Positions 9,193 to 19,080 of a stretch of 64,000 nucleotides of DNA are shown one piece after another; positions within the stretch are counted from its first letter, which is position 1; the number at the start of each line of letters is the position of its first letter. The notes below the pieces were generated by a model that was not told where the DNA came from, ran no database searches, and saw nothing but the letters and a program-made list of their open reading frames with translations. The translations under genes and the position numbers were made by a program. Origin of the DNA: a bacterium (lineage in GTDB: Bacteria > UBA8248); contig CBDATS010000004.1 in NCBI GenBank assembly GCA_965200245.1, positions 1,440,001-1,504,000 of the forward strand, read 5' to 3'.

Positions 9193-9290
9193 CTCCCCCC
9201 GCCGAAACGAGGGGAGATCTCTTCTATGTTCGTCCCGTAACCTATGGTCAGGTGTTTCAATCCGCTCCCCCCGCCGAAACGAGGGGAGGT
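9193..9290 (-). CRISPR. Truncated type I-C CRISPR array: one full 37-nt repeat, one 35-nt spacer, one partial repeat
   Basis: GTTTCAATCCGCTCCCCCCGCCGAAACGAGGGGAGGT (9254-9290; ends ATTGAAAC on the minus strand, internal CTCCCC/GGGGAG stem); spacer 9219-9253; partial repeat 9193-9218; lies downstream of cas2. Confidence 0.88.
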
Positions 9291-9470
9291 GCTAGTTACT
9301 CTAACCAGCATAATATCAGAGAATTATACCGTTGGATGCGCGAATCGGGCAATTGAGAGCAAATCAGATGTGATTCGTAAATCCATGGAACATTGAACCT
9401 GTTATTATTCATAAGTTTTTGAGTAGCGCGAAAATGCCGAGAAGAGTTAGTCACTCTACGTTCGCGCCAT
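9291..9470 (-). promoter_or_regulatory. CRISPR leader
   Basis: AT-rich non-coding stretch between cas2 and the first repeat, with recurring GCGCGAA/TTCGCGC motifs as in I-C leaders. Confidence 0.7.
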
Positions 9471-9761
9471 TTATAGAATCAATGGTGCAGTCAAGTCGAC
9501 AGGTTTAGTGCTACCGTGATGATCTATCTTCCCTTTGGCGTCTTCATCTAGATGATAGAACCTGAGTGAATCTTGTTTGGGGTCGATTTCTTTCAGTAGG
9601 CGATTTTTGAGAATCGCCCATTCTGCTTTACCGACATTGCATTCAAAAAGTGACTTTTGTATCCGGACGCCGTAGTCCTCGCATGCTCTCGCCACGCGGC
9701 GCAACCGTTTCTGTCCGGTATTGTCGGTGGTGGAAACATCGTATGCAATCAAAATGAACAT
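9471..9761 (-). CDS. cas2: CRISPR-associated Cas2
   Basis: 'LIAYDVS...RLRRVARACEDYGVRIQKSLFEC...DSLRFY'. Confidence 0.96.
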   Translation of the reverse strand: MFILIAYDVSTTDNTGQKRLRRVARACEDYGVRIQKSLFECNVGKAEWAILKNRLLKEIDPKQDSLRFYHLDEDAKGKIDHHGSTKPVDLTAPLIL

Positions 9762-9765
9762 TTCT

Positions 9766-10827
9766 TCACTTGGGAATAAACGGGATGTAGTCGGGGATAT
9801 CTCCGCGCAGTTTCCGGGCCAACAACTTGGCCTGAATGCTGAACACCTGACCCAACCGGACGTTTTGTTTGAATAAGGCGTGCTTTACTTCTGTTTGCTT
9901 GCGTTTTTGCCAAGCTTGGATGACTTCTTTCCTTCCCCGGTCGGTTAATTCCACTGTGCCACCATCTCGTTCTCGAAAATGTCTCGGCTCTATTTGGCAA
10001 CGGTTGACGAGGGTCAACGCCAATCGCTCCGCTAAACAAGGCCGAAATTCCTCCATAAGATCTAGGGCGCAGGCGGGTCTCCCCGCCCGCGTCGCGTGAA
10101 GCCAACCCACATAGGCGTCCAATCCTGTCGTCGTGAGCGTAGCCAGACAATCGTGACGAACAAGGGCATATATGAAGGATAGCAAGCAGTTCATCCGATC
10201 CCTAGGTGGACGACGGGTGCGGGTATTGAAGTCGAATTCCTCGCGTTGTCGTTTGAGTAAATATCGGAAAACAGAGAAATATGTTTTCGCTCCCAACCCT
10301 TCGATTCCCCGGATGGGGTCGAGCGCCTCCCGGAGCCCACAACCTTCAGATATAAATCGGTCTTGACCGAGACGGTGGATGAGTCGAGCGAGTTCAGCCG
10401 ACGCGACCGCGAGCTTTTCTCGAGCAGAGGTACACTCGGTTTCCCGACCAGATCGCATGAGGTTCGAACGTGCGTTTTGCAGCTTTCCAGCGACGAATTG
10501 ACGGGCGATGCTTGCTGCTTCGCTTGGGTTGTCAGCCGTGGCGTATTGCGCCCGGCGCAGCAGGTAACGGGTGTCACCACTTCCCAGGACTTGTGCCAGG
10601 AGATAACCGCTTTCCGTATGGTAATGGATTGCCACCTGATGCTCCCAGCACAATGCCATGGCTGGAGGTGTAACTACGATCCGCCCAAACGCACAGATGC
10701 TTTCCAGATGGTGAATCGGCACGCTCAGGCGAATTTCTTTTTCGATTTCGATCCGAAGTGTTAAATGATCCTTGGTGACTACAGTGCCCGGCGTCGTCAG
10801 ATAGAGCGTGTTCTGGTTTATAGCCAT
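9766..10827 (-). CDS. cas1: CRISPR-associated Cas1 (I-C type)
   Basis: 'NTLYLTT', 'RGIEGLGAKTYF', 'RTRRPPRDRMNCLLSF', 'ALDLMEEFRP'. Confidence 0.96.
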   Translation of the reverse strand: MAINQNTLYLTTPGTVVTKDHLTLRIEIEKEIRLSVPIHHLESICAFGRIVVTPPAMALCWEHQVAIHYHTESGYLLAQVLGSGDTRYLLRRAQYATADNPSEAASIARQFVAGKLQNARSNLMRSGRETECTSAREKLAVASAELARLIHRLGQDRFISEGCGLREALDPIRGIEGLGAKTYFSVFRYLLKRQREEFDFNTRTRRPPRDRMNCLLSFIYALVRHDCLATLTTTGLDAYVGWLHATRAGRPACALDLMEEFRPCLAERLALTLVNRCQIEPRHFRERDGGTVELTDRGRKEVIQAWQKRKQTEVKHALFKQNVRLGQVFSIQAKLLARKLRGDIPDYIPFIPK

Positions 10828-10837
10828 CAAGTCATCT

Positions 10838-11497
10838 CTAGTCGGTTGTTGTGAATATGTCCCGGCTGATTTGCATCAGCCAAGGTGGGGAACTGGTGAT
10901 TTCGGGTATGCAATTTTCAAAAAGCGAACATTCCGAACACTGAGGTTTGTAGACAGATTGTGGGACGGTTTCCTCTTCGATCATTCGGCGCAAGGCTTTG
11001 ATCGTCTCTATAGTGAAACGGCGCAATCCCTCTGTGAATTCAACTTCTCGGCGACGCTTACTCCCGGCGTGGAAGATTACTCCCCAAGGAACGTCTTGCT
11101 CGAACATCTCTTCGAGGCAGAGGGCTTGGGCGCAAAGTTGGGCGTCGTCATTCTCGAATTTGCGGCGTTTGCCCTTCTTGTATTCAACCGGAACCAACGA
11201 TTTGTCAGGATGGCGTTCAACGACATCGCACTTGCCGCTCAGCCCGAGCCGATCCGACCAGACAGGCAGAGCACGTAGCATGGTAACACCCCTTACGGTT
11301 TCGTAGCCGGGAATATCTGCCCCCTCATGCAACTGGCTTCCGATCACGGTATGCTCATTATGGGTGAACATACCTTCAATGTGAATAAGCCCTGCCCGGC
11401 GGGGACAATATATGTACTGGTTGATAGCCGAGAGAGGAATGATGAGTGTTTCGCTATCGAATAATCGAATTGGCAGAGACCCCGTTGTGTCACTCAT
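10838..11497 (-). CDS. cas4: CRISPR-associated Cas4
   Basis: 'YIYCPRR', 'GKCDVVE...PVEYKKG', 'QLCAQALCLEEM', 'CSECSLFENC'; start at ATG 11497 inferred from overlap with the cas7 stop. Confidence 0.94.
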   Translation of the reverse strand: MSDTTGSLPIRLFDSETLIIPLSAINQYIYCPRRAGLIHIEGMFTHNEHTVIGSQLHEGADIPGYETVRGVTMLRALPVWSDRLGLSGKCDVVERHPDKSLVPVEYKKGKRRKFENDDAQLCAQALCLEEMFEQDVPWGVIFHAGSKRRREVEFTEGLRRFTIETIKALRRMIEEETVPQSVYKPQCSECSLFENCIPEITSSPPWLMQISRDIFTTTD

Positions 11498-12443
11498 GAA
11501 GTTTGTGCATGCGTACGCCGAGCGGCAGATCTTTGTTATCCCACTCGCAGTGAATTTCATAATCAGCGAAGGACTCAGGAAATTCCACATCGTTTTTCAA
11601 TTGCACCTTGATTCCCTCGAATAGCTTATGGGCATGAGCGCAGCCGAGACGAGCTTCACGCCTGTTTTGTTCGGCGTTGTTCTCGTGCTGTGTGCCTACA
11701 TGTTCGAAGTCGAAAATGCCGCGCACCACCATTTCACCGCGGGCGGCTGAACGGTCGTGTTCGAACATGTGATTACACGCACTGAAGAAGACTTCGAGAT
11801 CGGTGTTGGTGAAGTTGGTGCGCGCAGCGAATGCGGGAGAAACGTAAATCTTGGCCCCGTAAAGGGCATAGGGCACGATGTGTTTGTTCCCCATGGTACG
11901 TTCCTTCTCGATATCCTCTTCTTTGGTGACAGCCCCTCGGGTAATGGAAATCTCCAGTGGCGTGATCGGGTGATACGACTGACCGAAGGTGAATTGCACT
12001 GGGCCGCGTACCTGTCCCCAAGCGGATCCTTTCATGATGTCGTTACCCGTGGAGAGTACCCCTCCAAAGGCACGGATATCAAAAAACTCGCAGCACAGCC
12101 ATTTCATAGCTGCTTCTTGCTTCTGGGCTTTTGAGGCGTCCGAGGGCAAACTTTCGCCGCTTTTTGCAATGCCATTGTTGATCTCAATATTGAGTACGGC
12201 CCCCTGTCTAATGAACAAGTTGTAACCATTACTATCGATGCTGGAGCGTTTAGGCGGGAACGCCTCTACAAAGTTGCGCACCTTGCGTTTGAGGCACACG
12301 TCGGAGACGATGCCACGATTGGTGTTGGGATCAATTCGCGGCATGTTCCCGGCATCGGGGTCGCCATTGGGATTGCCGTTAGTAACTTCAAAGAGTAGCA
12401 AAACATCGTGCCGATTGTTGAGAACATCGTTTGTTTGGGTCAT
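11490..12443 (-). CDS. cas7: Type I-C Cas7 (Csd2)
   Basis: 'NGNPNGDPDAGNMPRID', 'SDVCLKRKVRN', 'FFDIRAFG', 'GQVRGPVQ', 'FEHDRSAARG'. Confidence 0.96.
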   Translation of the reverse strand: MTQTNDVLNNRHDVLLLFEVTNGNPNGDPDAGNMPRIDPNTNRGIVSDVCLKRKVRNFVEAFPPKRSSIDSNGYNLFIRQGAVLNIEINNGIAKSGESLPSDASKAQKQEAAMKWLCCEFFDIRAFGGVLSTGNDIMKGSAWGQVRGPVQFTFGQSYHPITPLEISITRGAVTKEEDIEKERTMGNKHIVPYALYGAKIYVSPAFAARTNFTNTDLEVFFSACNHMFEHDRSAARGEMVVRGIFDFEHVGTQHENNAEQNRREARLGCAHAHKLFEGIKVQLKNDVEFPESFADYEIHCEWDNKDLPLGVRMHKLHE

Positions 12444-12484
12444 GATTTGATCTCCGACTGGAAGTTGTTGGTTGTTTCCCTTTT

Positions 12485-14313
12485 TTATTTGGCCGCCTCA
12501 CGAGCGATGCGGTCAGCAGCTTTTTGCTGGTAAAAGCCGATAGCAAACCGCCCTTGGGCATGCAAGTCCAGTGCACGGGGGAACTGGTGGATTTTTGTCA
12601 ACACGTCTTGAATCGCCTCGTCTAAGAAGCGGTCATGTCCCTTGTATTTTTCGGACTTGCGGATATTGTTGAGATGGTGGCGGTTGAGTTTGATAAGGAT
12701 AGGGAACACCGACGCTGGTGAGGCCATGGCAGTACCGAAGTAGCGCTCGGTGACTCCAGATCCTTGCAATTTGTAGTCATGAGCCTTGGCTTGAGCCTCG
12801 GCGAACACGGCAAGCAACCGCCCACATTGATAGGCCTCATTTTCTGAGTCGGTGGCTAGTTGTTCGGTAATTTTCATGATGTCGTCCCTTTTGTTTCGGT
12901 TAAGAATGAGCTTTGTCAAGGCGAATCGAGAATGGTTCAATAAAGCTGCGCCTCCATCATGCGCCATATCGACGCGTAAGCGGTACAGCATAGGGCGCAA
13001 AAGGGTAAGAGAGGGAGCAGTTCCTTCCAATGCGGCGCGGAACAATTGAGTGGTTATTTCTGCTTGTAAGTCCTTTGCTTCACGCACCGTAGAACAGGCG
13101 AGTCGAAACATAGCCAATGGCGCCATTTTTTCCTTGCCGGTGGGTAGCCGTGCTGGTTCCAGATCGAGGTCACGGAACCAGTGACAGAAGTTTTCCGTGG
13201 CGATTTTCAGAGTCGTCTGCATCCAGTGGCGAACAACAATCCGCCCACCGTTACCTGCAAGGGTGACGGCATGGAATTGTTCCTGTCCCAGGGCCTCACG
13301 TTCTTGGCCCGCCCATGGGGATTTCAGAAAATCCGCTACTGCCTTGGGATCGGCTTGGTTGAGTAAAGCTCCCCAAGTGTTGGTAGTATGTGTTTCACCC
13401 CGTGTCCAGAAACAGCATGATGCCTGACCTAGACGGATGGAATGATCCTCTCGGCGGAGCATTGCATTGAGTGCAGTACAATATGCGGTAGCTGCGTAAA
13501 TTGAAGTGACAGCATTGAGACTTTGCTTAAAACCGTAGGAAGTGAAGGCGTCCTTATCAAAGGATACGACCGTCGCACCAGAGGGTTGGGTATGCCTTGC
13601 ACCTTCGGGTTGTGGGTCAGCGCAATGGGTTGTTCCTTCTCGCCGGTGACTAAGCAGAGTCCACGGGGCGCATCCTTCTCGCGGGATTCATTTTCCTTGG
13701 CGAATTCATATCTCCAGAAAGATTGTATGTCTCCTTCATCTTCTATTAGAAGTAATTCCCCAACACGGAATGTAAAGTTGTCTGAGTTGTTTAATCCCAG
13801 CTTAACTTTCTCTCCATCGGCTTTGGTGATCCACCATGCAGATTTCTCATTAGACTTGGCATTGGAACCAACGCCTCAGCGCAAAAAGGCAGGCACCTTA
13901 CCGGGTTCGGGCTTGAATGCTAACAAACTCTTGAGCGCCGGGCTGAGAGTTTTTTCATAAGCCCTTTCAATCTGTGCCCAAAAATCAGCAAATTTGCAAC
14001 GGTTGTTTTCACTCCGCACCTTCCGCTTTTTCTCAGACATGGGTTGTTCTGGGTTTGTGTCCAGCCCGAATACGGCTGTAATGCCGTCAGCTAGGAACTC
14101 GGCTACTCCGCCAGCTCCTTTGGAACGGGTTGTCTTTGGACAGTCGAATTCCTTGCCACGGTTTCCTTCTCCTACGGTTTCCACCGGTCCTTGCCCAACG
14201 AGGTTCCCAGAGTCATCCAAGGTGATGATCCATCGTACGGCCTTGGTTTTGAAAGACAAGTTGTCGAGGAGTTTTCGGGAAGTCGCAAAGTCGTTCAGGC
14301 ACTGCAACAACAT
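12485..14313 (-). pseudogene. cas8c: Type I-C Cas8c (Csd1) with an in-frame TGA (13876-13878) and a frameshift (~13585)
   Basis: Reading through the TGA gives '...DNFTFRVG...GLCLVTGEKEQPIALTHNPKVQGIPN'; 'SGATVVSFDKDAFTSYG..QSLNA' continues in another frame. C-terminus has 'AYQCGRLLAV' and 'QGRFAIGFYQQ'. Confidence 0.92.
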
Positions 14314-14315
14314 GG

Positions 14316-15119
14316 TCAGATCCCCCGTGGTTCGAGAATTTCAATCCTATCGGGATGACAAGACAGGATCGAATTCTCAATTTTAGCGCGGAAGAAACAG
14401 GAACTAGGTTGGACCTTTTCACCGACAAAGCGCGGGGTGTTCTCCTTAGACTTAAGTGCTAATTCATCGGGACGCTTCCAGCGAAAACCTTGGCTACGGG
14501 ACATGGGCGAAAAAACGTCGTAAAGCATTAAGCCCAAGTCTTCTTCAGGCTGCCGCCAGTCAGTGTCCAACTCGGCGGTCCGCTCCTCCAAAGTGGCTTG
14601 AGGATTATTCACCCATTCAAAATCCGCTGCGAATTCACGCATCCCTAGTGAGGGTCGGTGGAAACACTTGCCCTGTTGGGCTCGGCGCTTGAATTCGGTG
14701 AGATACTTTATTGCAGGGTTTTTCATGCGATTCGCTAAAGGTGTGGTACGCAGTTCAGCACTAATCACATATTCCACCTGACGAAGCGCCAGCATGTTGC
14801 GCTGGGTGCCATTAGGCGCGCCGCCCCCGGCATCAATAGGCAAGAGCTTTTCAGGATTACCCATCCATTGACCGGCATCGGATATGCTGATGACGCGTTG
14901 CACTTCATTGCGTCGGATTGAGATCCAGAAACCGCGTCTCACTATCCGGATAGCAGCAACGTGGTAACAGATTTGCGGTTCCCAGAATACTGCTTCTAAA
15001 ATTCCGCGGGCAGCGGATGGTGTCATGACGGGATAGCTAACGCGTTCTACTTTCATTTCAGGACGAGTGAAACAGGCCCAATCGCCCCAAACTCTAAGAT
15101 GTACATAGTACTCTTTCAT
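14316..15119 (-). CDS. cas5: Type I-C Cas5 (Cas5c/Cas5d)
   Basis: 'VWGDWACFTRPEMKVERVSYPVMTPSAARGILEAVFW' and 'GKCFHRPSLGMREF'. Confidence 0.96.
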   Translation of the reverse strand: MKEYYVHLRVWGDWACFTRPEMKVERVSYPVMTPSAARGILEAVFWEPQICYHVAAIRIVRRGFWISIRRNEVQRVISISDAGQWMGNPEKLLPIDAGGGAPNGTQRNMLALRQVEYVISAELRTTPLANRMKNPAIKYLTEFKRRAQQGKCFHRPSLGMREFAADFEWVNNPQATLEERTAELDTDWRQPEEDLGLMLYDVFSPMSRSQGFRWKRPDELALKSKENTPRFVGEKVQPSSCFFRAKIENSILSCHPDRIEILEPRGI

Positions 15120-17326
15120 AACAGGAAATCCTCTGTTGGATATTGGTCGATAACCACGCCGAGATGTTTATGATAAGCCGCCGCATCCAGTACGCGTAAT
15201 TCCATGCCGTGCAACAGAGGGTGAAGCAGACCCATTGCGTTTAGTTTCTGGAAATCGTGCGCATGTAAATTTACTATAAAGCGTTGCAGGATACGTAGAT
15301 CTTCGCGAACAAAGCGCAAGCCGCTCGTTTCGTTGCGCTCCCGGATCACGGCCACTTTTTCCATGGCTTTATCCCTTGGAGCAATCACGGGATAGACATC
15401 GTCCGAAATTACTTTTGCCTTGCGGGCTACGTCACGGAAACGCAAACACTCCCGGTCCTCTTGAACGGAGCGCTCCCGTTGGTGTTTATGATCTGTGGGC
15501 ACATTCTGAAATAATTCGCTAAAGTAACGATTGAACAAAGCCGGATCAGATAAATCATCCGTGGACAACTGTTCCATCAACTGCGCCGTAATTTGCGTGG
15601 CTACGCGATATACGCCGCCGGGCAGTTTAGCGTCGGCCGGTCGAAACACCACCACACGTCCTTTGCCCGGCAGAGATCCTTCCCGATTACACCTTCCCGC
15701 TGCCTGCACGATTGAGTCTAGCGGTCCCAATGCGCGGTAGACTAGTGGGAAATCAATATCTACCCCAGCTTCTATCGCCTGCGTGGCCACTAGCCAGCAA
15801 TGATCGTTATTCTTCAGACGTCGTTGTGCCTCTGCCAGAACTTCGGTCCGGTGGTCAGCGCACATGGCCGAAGAAAGATGTAGCACGCCTTCTTTTCTTT
15901 GTTCGCGCAACAGTTCCCACCATTCAGCTGCCTGTTTGCGCGTATTCACTACGCCTAAAACTTGGGGCTTGTTCGCCCATTCTTTGGTCAACACTACCCA
16001 ATTGTTCGGCTCAGATCGTACTTCATAAACTACCCGTCCCAATTTCCGGAACAATACCTCAGGTTGGGATACAATTTCTCGTACTTCATTTACGGTAAAA
16101 CCTTTGGGCAACGACTTGCTGCGGCCGAAGGCAGGCTGAGTAGCGGTGGAGAAAACAAAACTCGTGCGGTAGTGCTCTTTGAGGTCTCGCAACACGTGAA
16201 GGAGTGGATTGAGCAGGTGAGAAGGCAACGTCTGCACTTCATCAAGCAACACCACAGAATTTGCGACGTTGTGCAGCTTGCGGCACCTTGAGGGCCGATT
16301 CGAAAAGAGCGATTCGATGAATTGCACCGAAGTAGTAACGACAACCGGGCCATCCCAGTTTTCCGCGGCCAATTCTTCAGGAGTGGGGCCTCGTTCTTCC
16401 GCATCATTGTTTACTCCCACTGCAGAATGGTGCTCGATTACGATACCTTCGCTCTTGGGGTCTAATACTTTTCGATATTCGGCTGCATTCTGCTCAATGA
16501 TTGACAAGAAAGGTATCACTACGATGATTCGTTTCATTTTGTGCTGTTGTGCATGTTTTAGGGCAAAGGCCATGCCCGAAAGCGTTTTGCCGCCGCCCGT
16601 GGGCACGGTCAAAGAGAAGAATCCTCTCGGCTCCACCGCCTTCGCTAGGCAATCTTGAAACACGCCATTGCGTAACATGTTGAGTTCGCTTGACGAATCA
16701 AGTTTCCCTTTGTGTTCTTGCAACCGCCCCAACAATGTTGCGGAGTCTAGCCTAAGGGGTTGGCGTTCCCGATCGGTTTTGAATCTTTCCGTGTCCAGAA
16801 AATCCGCGTCCACCAAGCAGGAAAATAACATCCTCACGTAGAATTCAGTGATCGCGTTGTCTTTTCCTGGCTTCGCAAATTCCGGCTCATTCAATTCTTT
16901 GGGAATTTTTTCCAACTCCGATTCAAACAACCCTTCCAAATAGCTCAGTTGATTCGTTGGATTGTATTTCTCTCCGCAAATCAACGACCGCAATTCATCT
17001 TGATTATGTAATCCCGCATGGTGCCCTGCTATAGCAAAAGCAGGCCCAAGCCAATGTCTGTTAAATGCCAGAGCGGCACCGTAAACCGAATGATGCGTTT
17101 TAACCGATGCTGAGCGTTTACCTGCCAAATACTCTTGGAATGGAGTCCGATACTTACCTAAGTCATGGAGCTGGCCAGTTTGTTGCGCGGCGTCGGCGAG
17201 CGGTGGCTCGGCAAACTCCCGAGCTTTATCCCTTGCTTTTTGCAAATGCTCGGCGAGTGGGTGCCAGCATTGATGATTCGCTGAGTGATTTAGCTTTGTT
17301 TTGCTTGTATGAGCGAAATAATTCAT
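15116..17326 (-). CDS. cas3: Cas3 HD nuclease-helicase
   Basis: 'HDLGK', 'LVDADFLDT', Walker A 'PTGGGKT', 'DEVQ', 'TAT', 'QAAGRCNR'. Confidence 0.96.
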   Translation of the reverse strand: MNYFAHTSKTKLNHSANHQCWHPLAEHLQKARDKAREFAEPPLADAAQQTGQLHDLGKYRTPFQEYLAGKRSASVKTHHSVYGAALAFNRHWLGPAFAIAGHHAGLHNQDELRSLICGEKYNPTNQLSYLEGLFESELEKIPKELNEPEFAKPGKDNAITEFYVRMLFSCLVDADFLDTERFKTDRERQPLRLDSATLLGRLQEHKGKLDSSSELNMLRNGVFQDCLAKAVEPRGFFSLTVPTGGGKTLSGMAFALKHAQQHKMKRIIVVIPFLSIIEQNAAEYRKVLDPKSEGIVIEHHSAVGVNNDAEERGPTPEELAAENWDGPVVVTTSVQFIESLFSNRPSRCRKLHNVANSVVLLDEVQTLPSHLLNPLLHVLRDLKEHYRTSFVFSTATQPAFGRSKSLPKGFTVNEVREIVSQPEVLFRKLGRVVYEVRSEPNNWVVLTKEWANKPQVLGVVNTRKQAAEWWELLREQRKEGVLHLSSAMCADHRTEVLAEAQRRLKNNDHCWLVATQAIEAGVDIDFPLVYRALGPLDSIVQAAGRCNREGSLPGKGRVVVFRPADAKLPGGVYRVATQITAQLMEQLSTDDLSDPALFNRYFSELFQNVPTDHKHQRERSVQEDRECLRFRDVARKAKVISDDVYPVIAPRDKAMEKVAVIRERNETSGLRFVREDLRILQRFIVNLHAHDFQKLNAMGLLHPLLHGMELRVLDAAAYHKHLGVVIDQYPTEDFLL

Positions 17327-17519
17327 TTTCGCCCTATGTAATTACGGGTTTCAATTCTTCTCTTCTGTTTAGTCGTCAAGCCCGTAACTTATATAATATT
17401 TATTTGCTAGTAATTTAAAATGCAATTCTACACCCCTAGTATAAAGCCGAGCATATCTACTTCGTATAAGTGGTTCATTGAGTTTATTGGTGCTACCGTT
17501 GAATTCGTTCTAAGACCGT

Positions 17520-17900
17520 TTGGGATCAGGATATCTTTTTATTGAGGATGGAGGGACCGCGGCTTTTTCTGGATTCAATCAAAGTGCTTTGCACAAACTC
17601 GATCAACTCGCCGTCGCTGCCGACACTCGTGGTCAGGAGTGACCCTACATCGCCAAGAAACCCTGAAAGACCACAGAAGGGGAAACTGAGCATCTGGATA
17701 TACGACCAGTGGCGAATATGCTTCCAATGTCCCACATGTAGCAATGGGTCGACCGATGTTCAGATTGTCGATGCTTATCAAGAATGGAGGGCATGACACG
17801 CTGTCCCATTCCCCGGGAGTCTTGCGAGATGATCTAGATGCGCTCAGGATGAGGGGGGAGTTCCAGCGGGACCTCCAGAAGTTCCACTAACTACAGACCG
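17520..17900 (+). pseudogene. Degraded higB-higA (RelE/ParE-type killer plus antidote) module
   Basis: 'ALHKLDQL' and 'KGKLSIWIYDQWRICF...DVQIVD' resemble HigB 'SIRINDQWRICF..DVEIVDYH'; overlapping ATG 17793 'MTRCPI/PGVLRDDLDALRM' resembles HigA; several frameshifts. Confidence 0.72.
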
Positions 17901-18084
17901 CAGGGTAGAAAATTGGTGAGGTTATCTCTTGTCTGCCGTCTTTGAGTCACCTCGTTTTCATCTGTGATTTGCCACCGCTGGGACCCCGCATCTAGAACAG
18001 GTAGAGCGACCGAACATGAAAAATGAAAATACCAGTTGTATTAAGTGGGAAAACGGCGAATCCTGAAATCATAAGGTTATTGTC

Positions 18085-18618
18085 ATGCAGTATGTCCTGT
18101 GCATCGTTTTGGTGCTTGTTTCCCCGGCATTGTCCCGGGACTTCACAGCGGCGCAAAGCATGCCCCACTCACGAAAGGCGGAACACACTCCCGGCAAACG
18201 CATTGTGTATCACGGCTCCGTTCGTGTGGTGGACGGAGATACGCTTGTGTACGGGAAAAAGCGAGTTCGACTGGTGGGCATAGACGCCCCGGAAACAGGG
18301 CAATGGTGCGAGCGCGGCGACGGAAAAGGATACGGGTGCGGGAAGGAGTCCAGACGCTTCTTGTTGAAGAGGATCGGTCTCGGCAAGGTGAAATGCATGG
18401 GACGGAGACTCGATCGGTACAAAAGACTTCTTGGCACCTGCTATCTGGATGATGGAACGAACCTGAATGAATGGATAGTCGCAAACGGGCACGCTCTTGC
18501 GTATCGCAGGTATTCCAGACGCTACGTGGAAGCCGAGAACAGGGCGTCCAGGGAAAAGCGCGGAATGTGGGCGGGGAACTTCGAGAAACCCTGGGTGTGG
18601 CGAAAACAGCGAAGGTGA
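18085..18618 (+). CDS. Thermonuclease (SNase-like) family protein with signal peptide
   Basis: 'VVDGDT', 'VRLVGIDAPE', 'DRYKRLLG', 'AENRASREKRGMW'. Confidence 0.92.
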   Translation: MQYVLCIVLVLVSPALSRDFTAAQSMPHSRKAEHTPGKRIVYHGSVRVVDGDTLVYGKKRVRLVGIDAPETGQWCERGDGKGYGCGKESRRFLLKRIGLGKVKCMGRRLDRYKRLLGTCYLDDGTNLNEWIVANGHALAYRRYSRRYVEAENRASREKRGMWAGNFEKPWVWRKQRR

Positions 18619-19080
18619 ATCTCCCGATCAGGACGGATTCCGGGAGTTACTCTCAAGCTGGCCCGTGGGTTCACGGTGAGGCAGTGTGCACTACCGTGAT
18701 CTTGGATGGTCGTCACCACTCCTTTTCTGGACTAGTCTTTTTCAGCGACCTTGTTCAGCTGTTCGCAACTGTGGAGGCGTCGCCGGCGTTGCTCTCGACT
18801 TTACCAACCTTGAAGACGGATACGGCATGTTCCCTGCCAGCCAGTCTCCCCGGCATCTGGTCCGGTAACACGATGAAGCACCAAGGATATCGGGAGATGA
18901 TGGACAGACTTGAGGAATGGGCTGGGTTGATTGCGCAAGTTGGAAAGGAGCAGTCGTGAATGCGAGGAGAAGGGGAGAGACCGCGTCAGGAGAAATCGCG
19001 CGATCAGTATTTTCTCACAACCCCTTCAATGGGGAAATGGTTCTGTTTTTCCCGTCTGTAGAGTCGCGAATCCCTGCCTG

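Noticed and set aside
9219-9253. Spacer self-targeting within this window
   Set aside because: No match was found by eye on either strand; a genome-wide search is still needed.
13876-13878. TGA in cas8c as selenocysteine, readthrough or an alternative genetic code
   Set aside because: A separate frameshift lies ~290 bp downstream, and many genes in the window end normally in TGA.
18620-19080. Possible gene or RNA between the thermonuclease and the amidohydrolase
   Set aside because: Only short ORFs with no recognisable motif or structure; nothing supportable.
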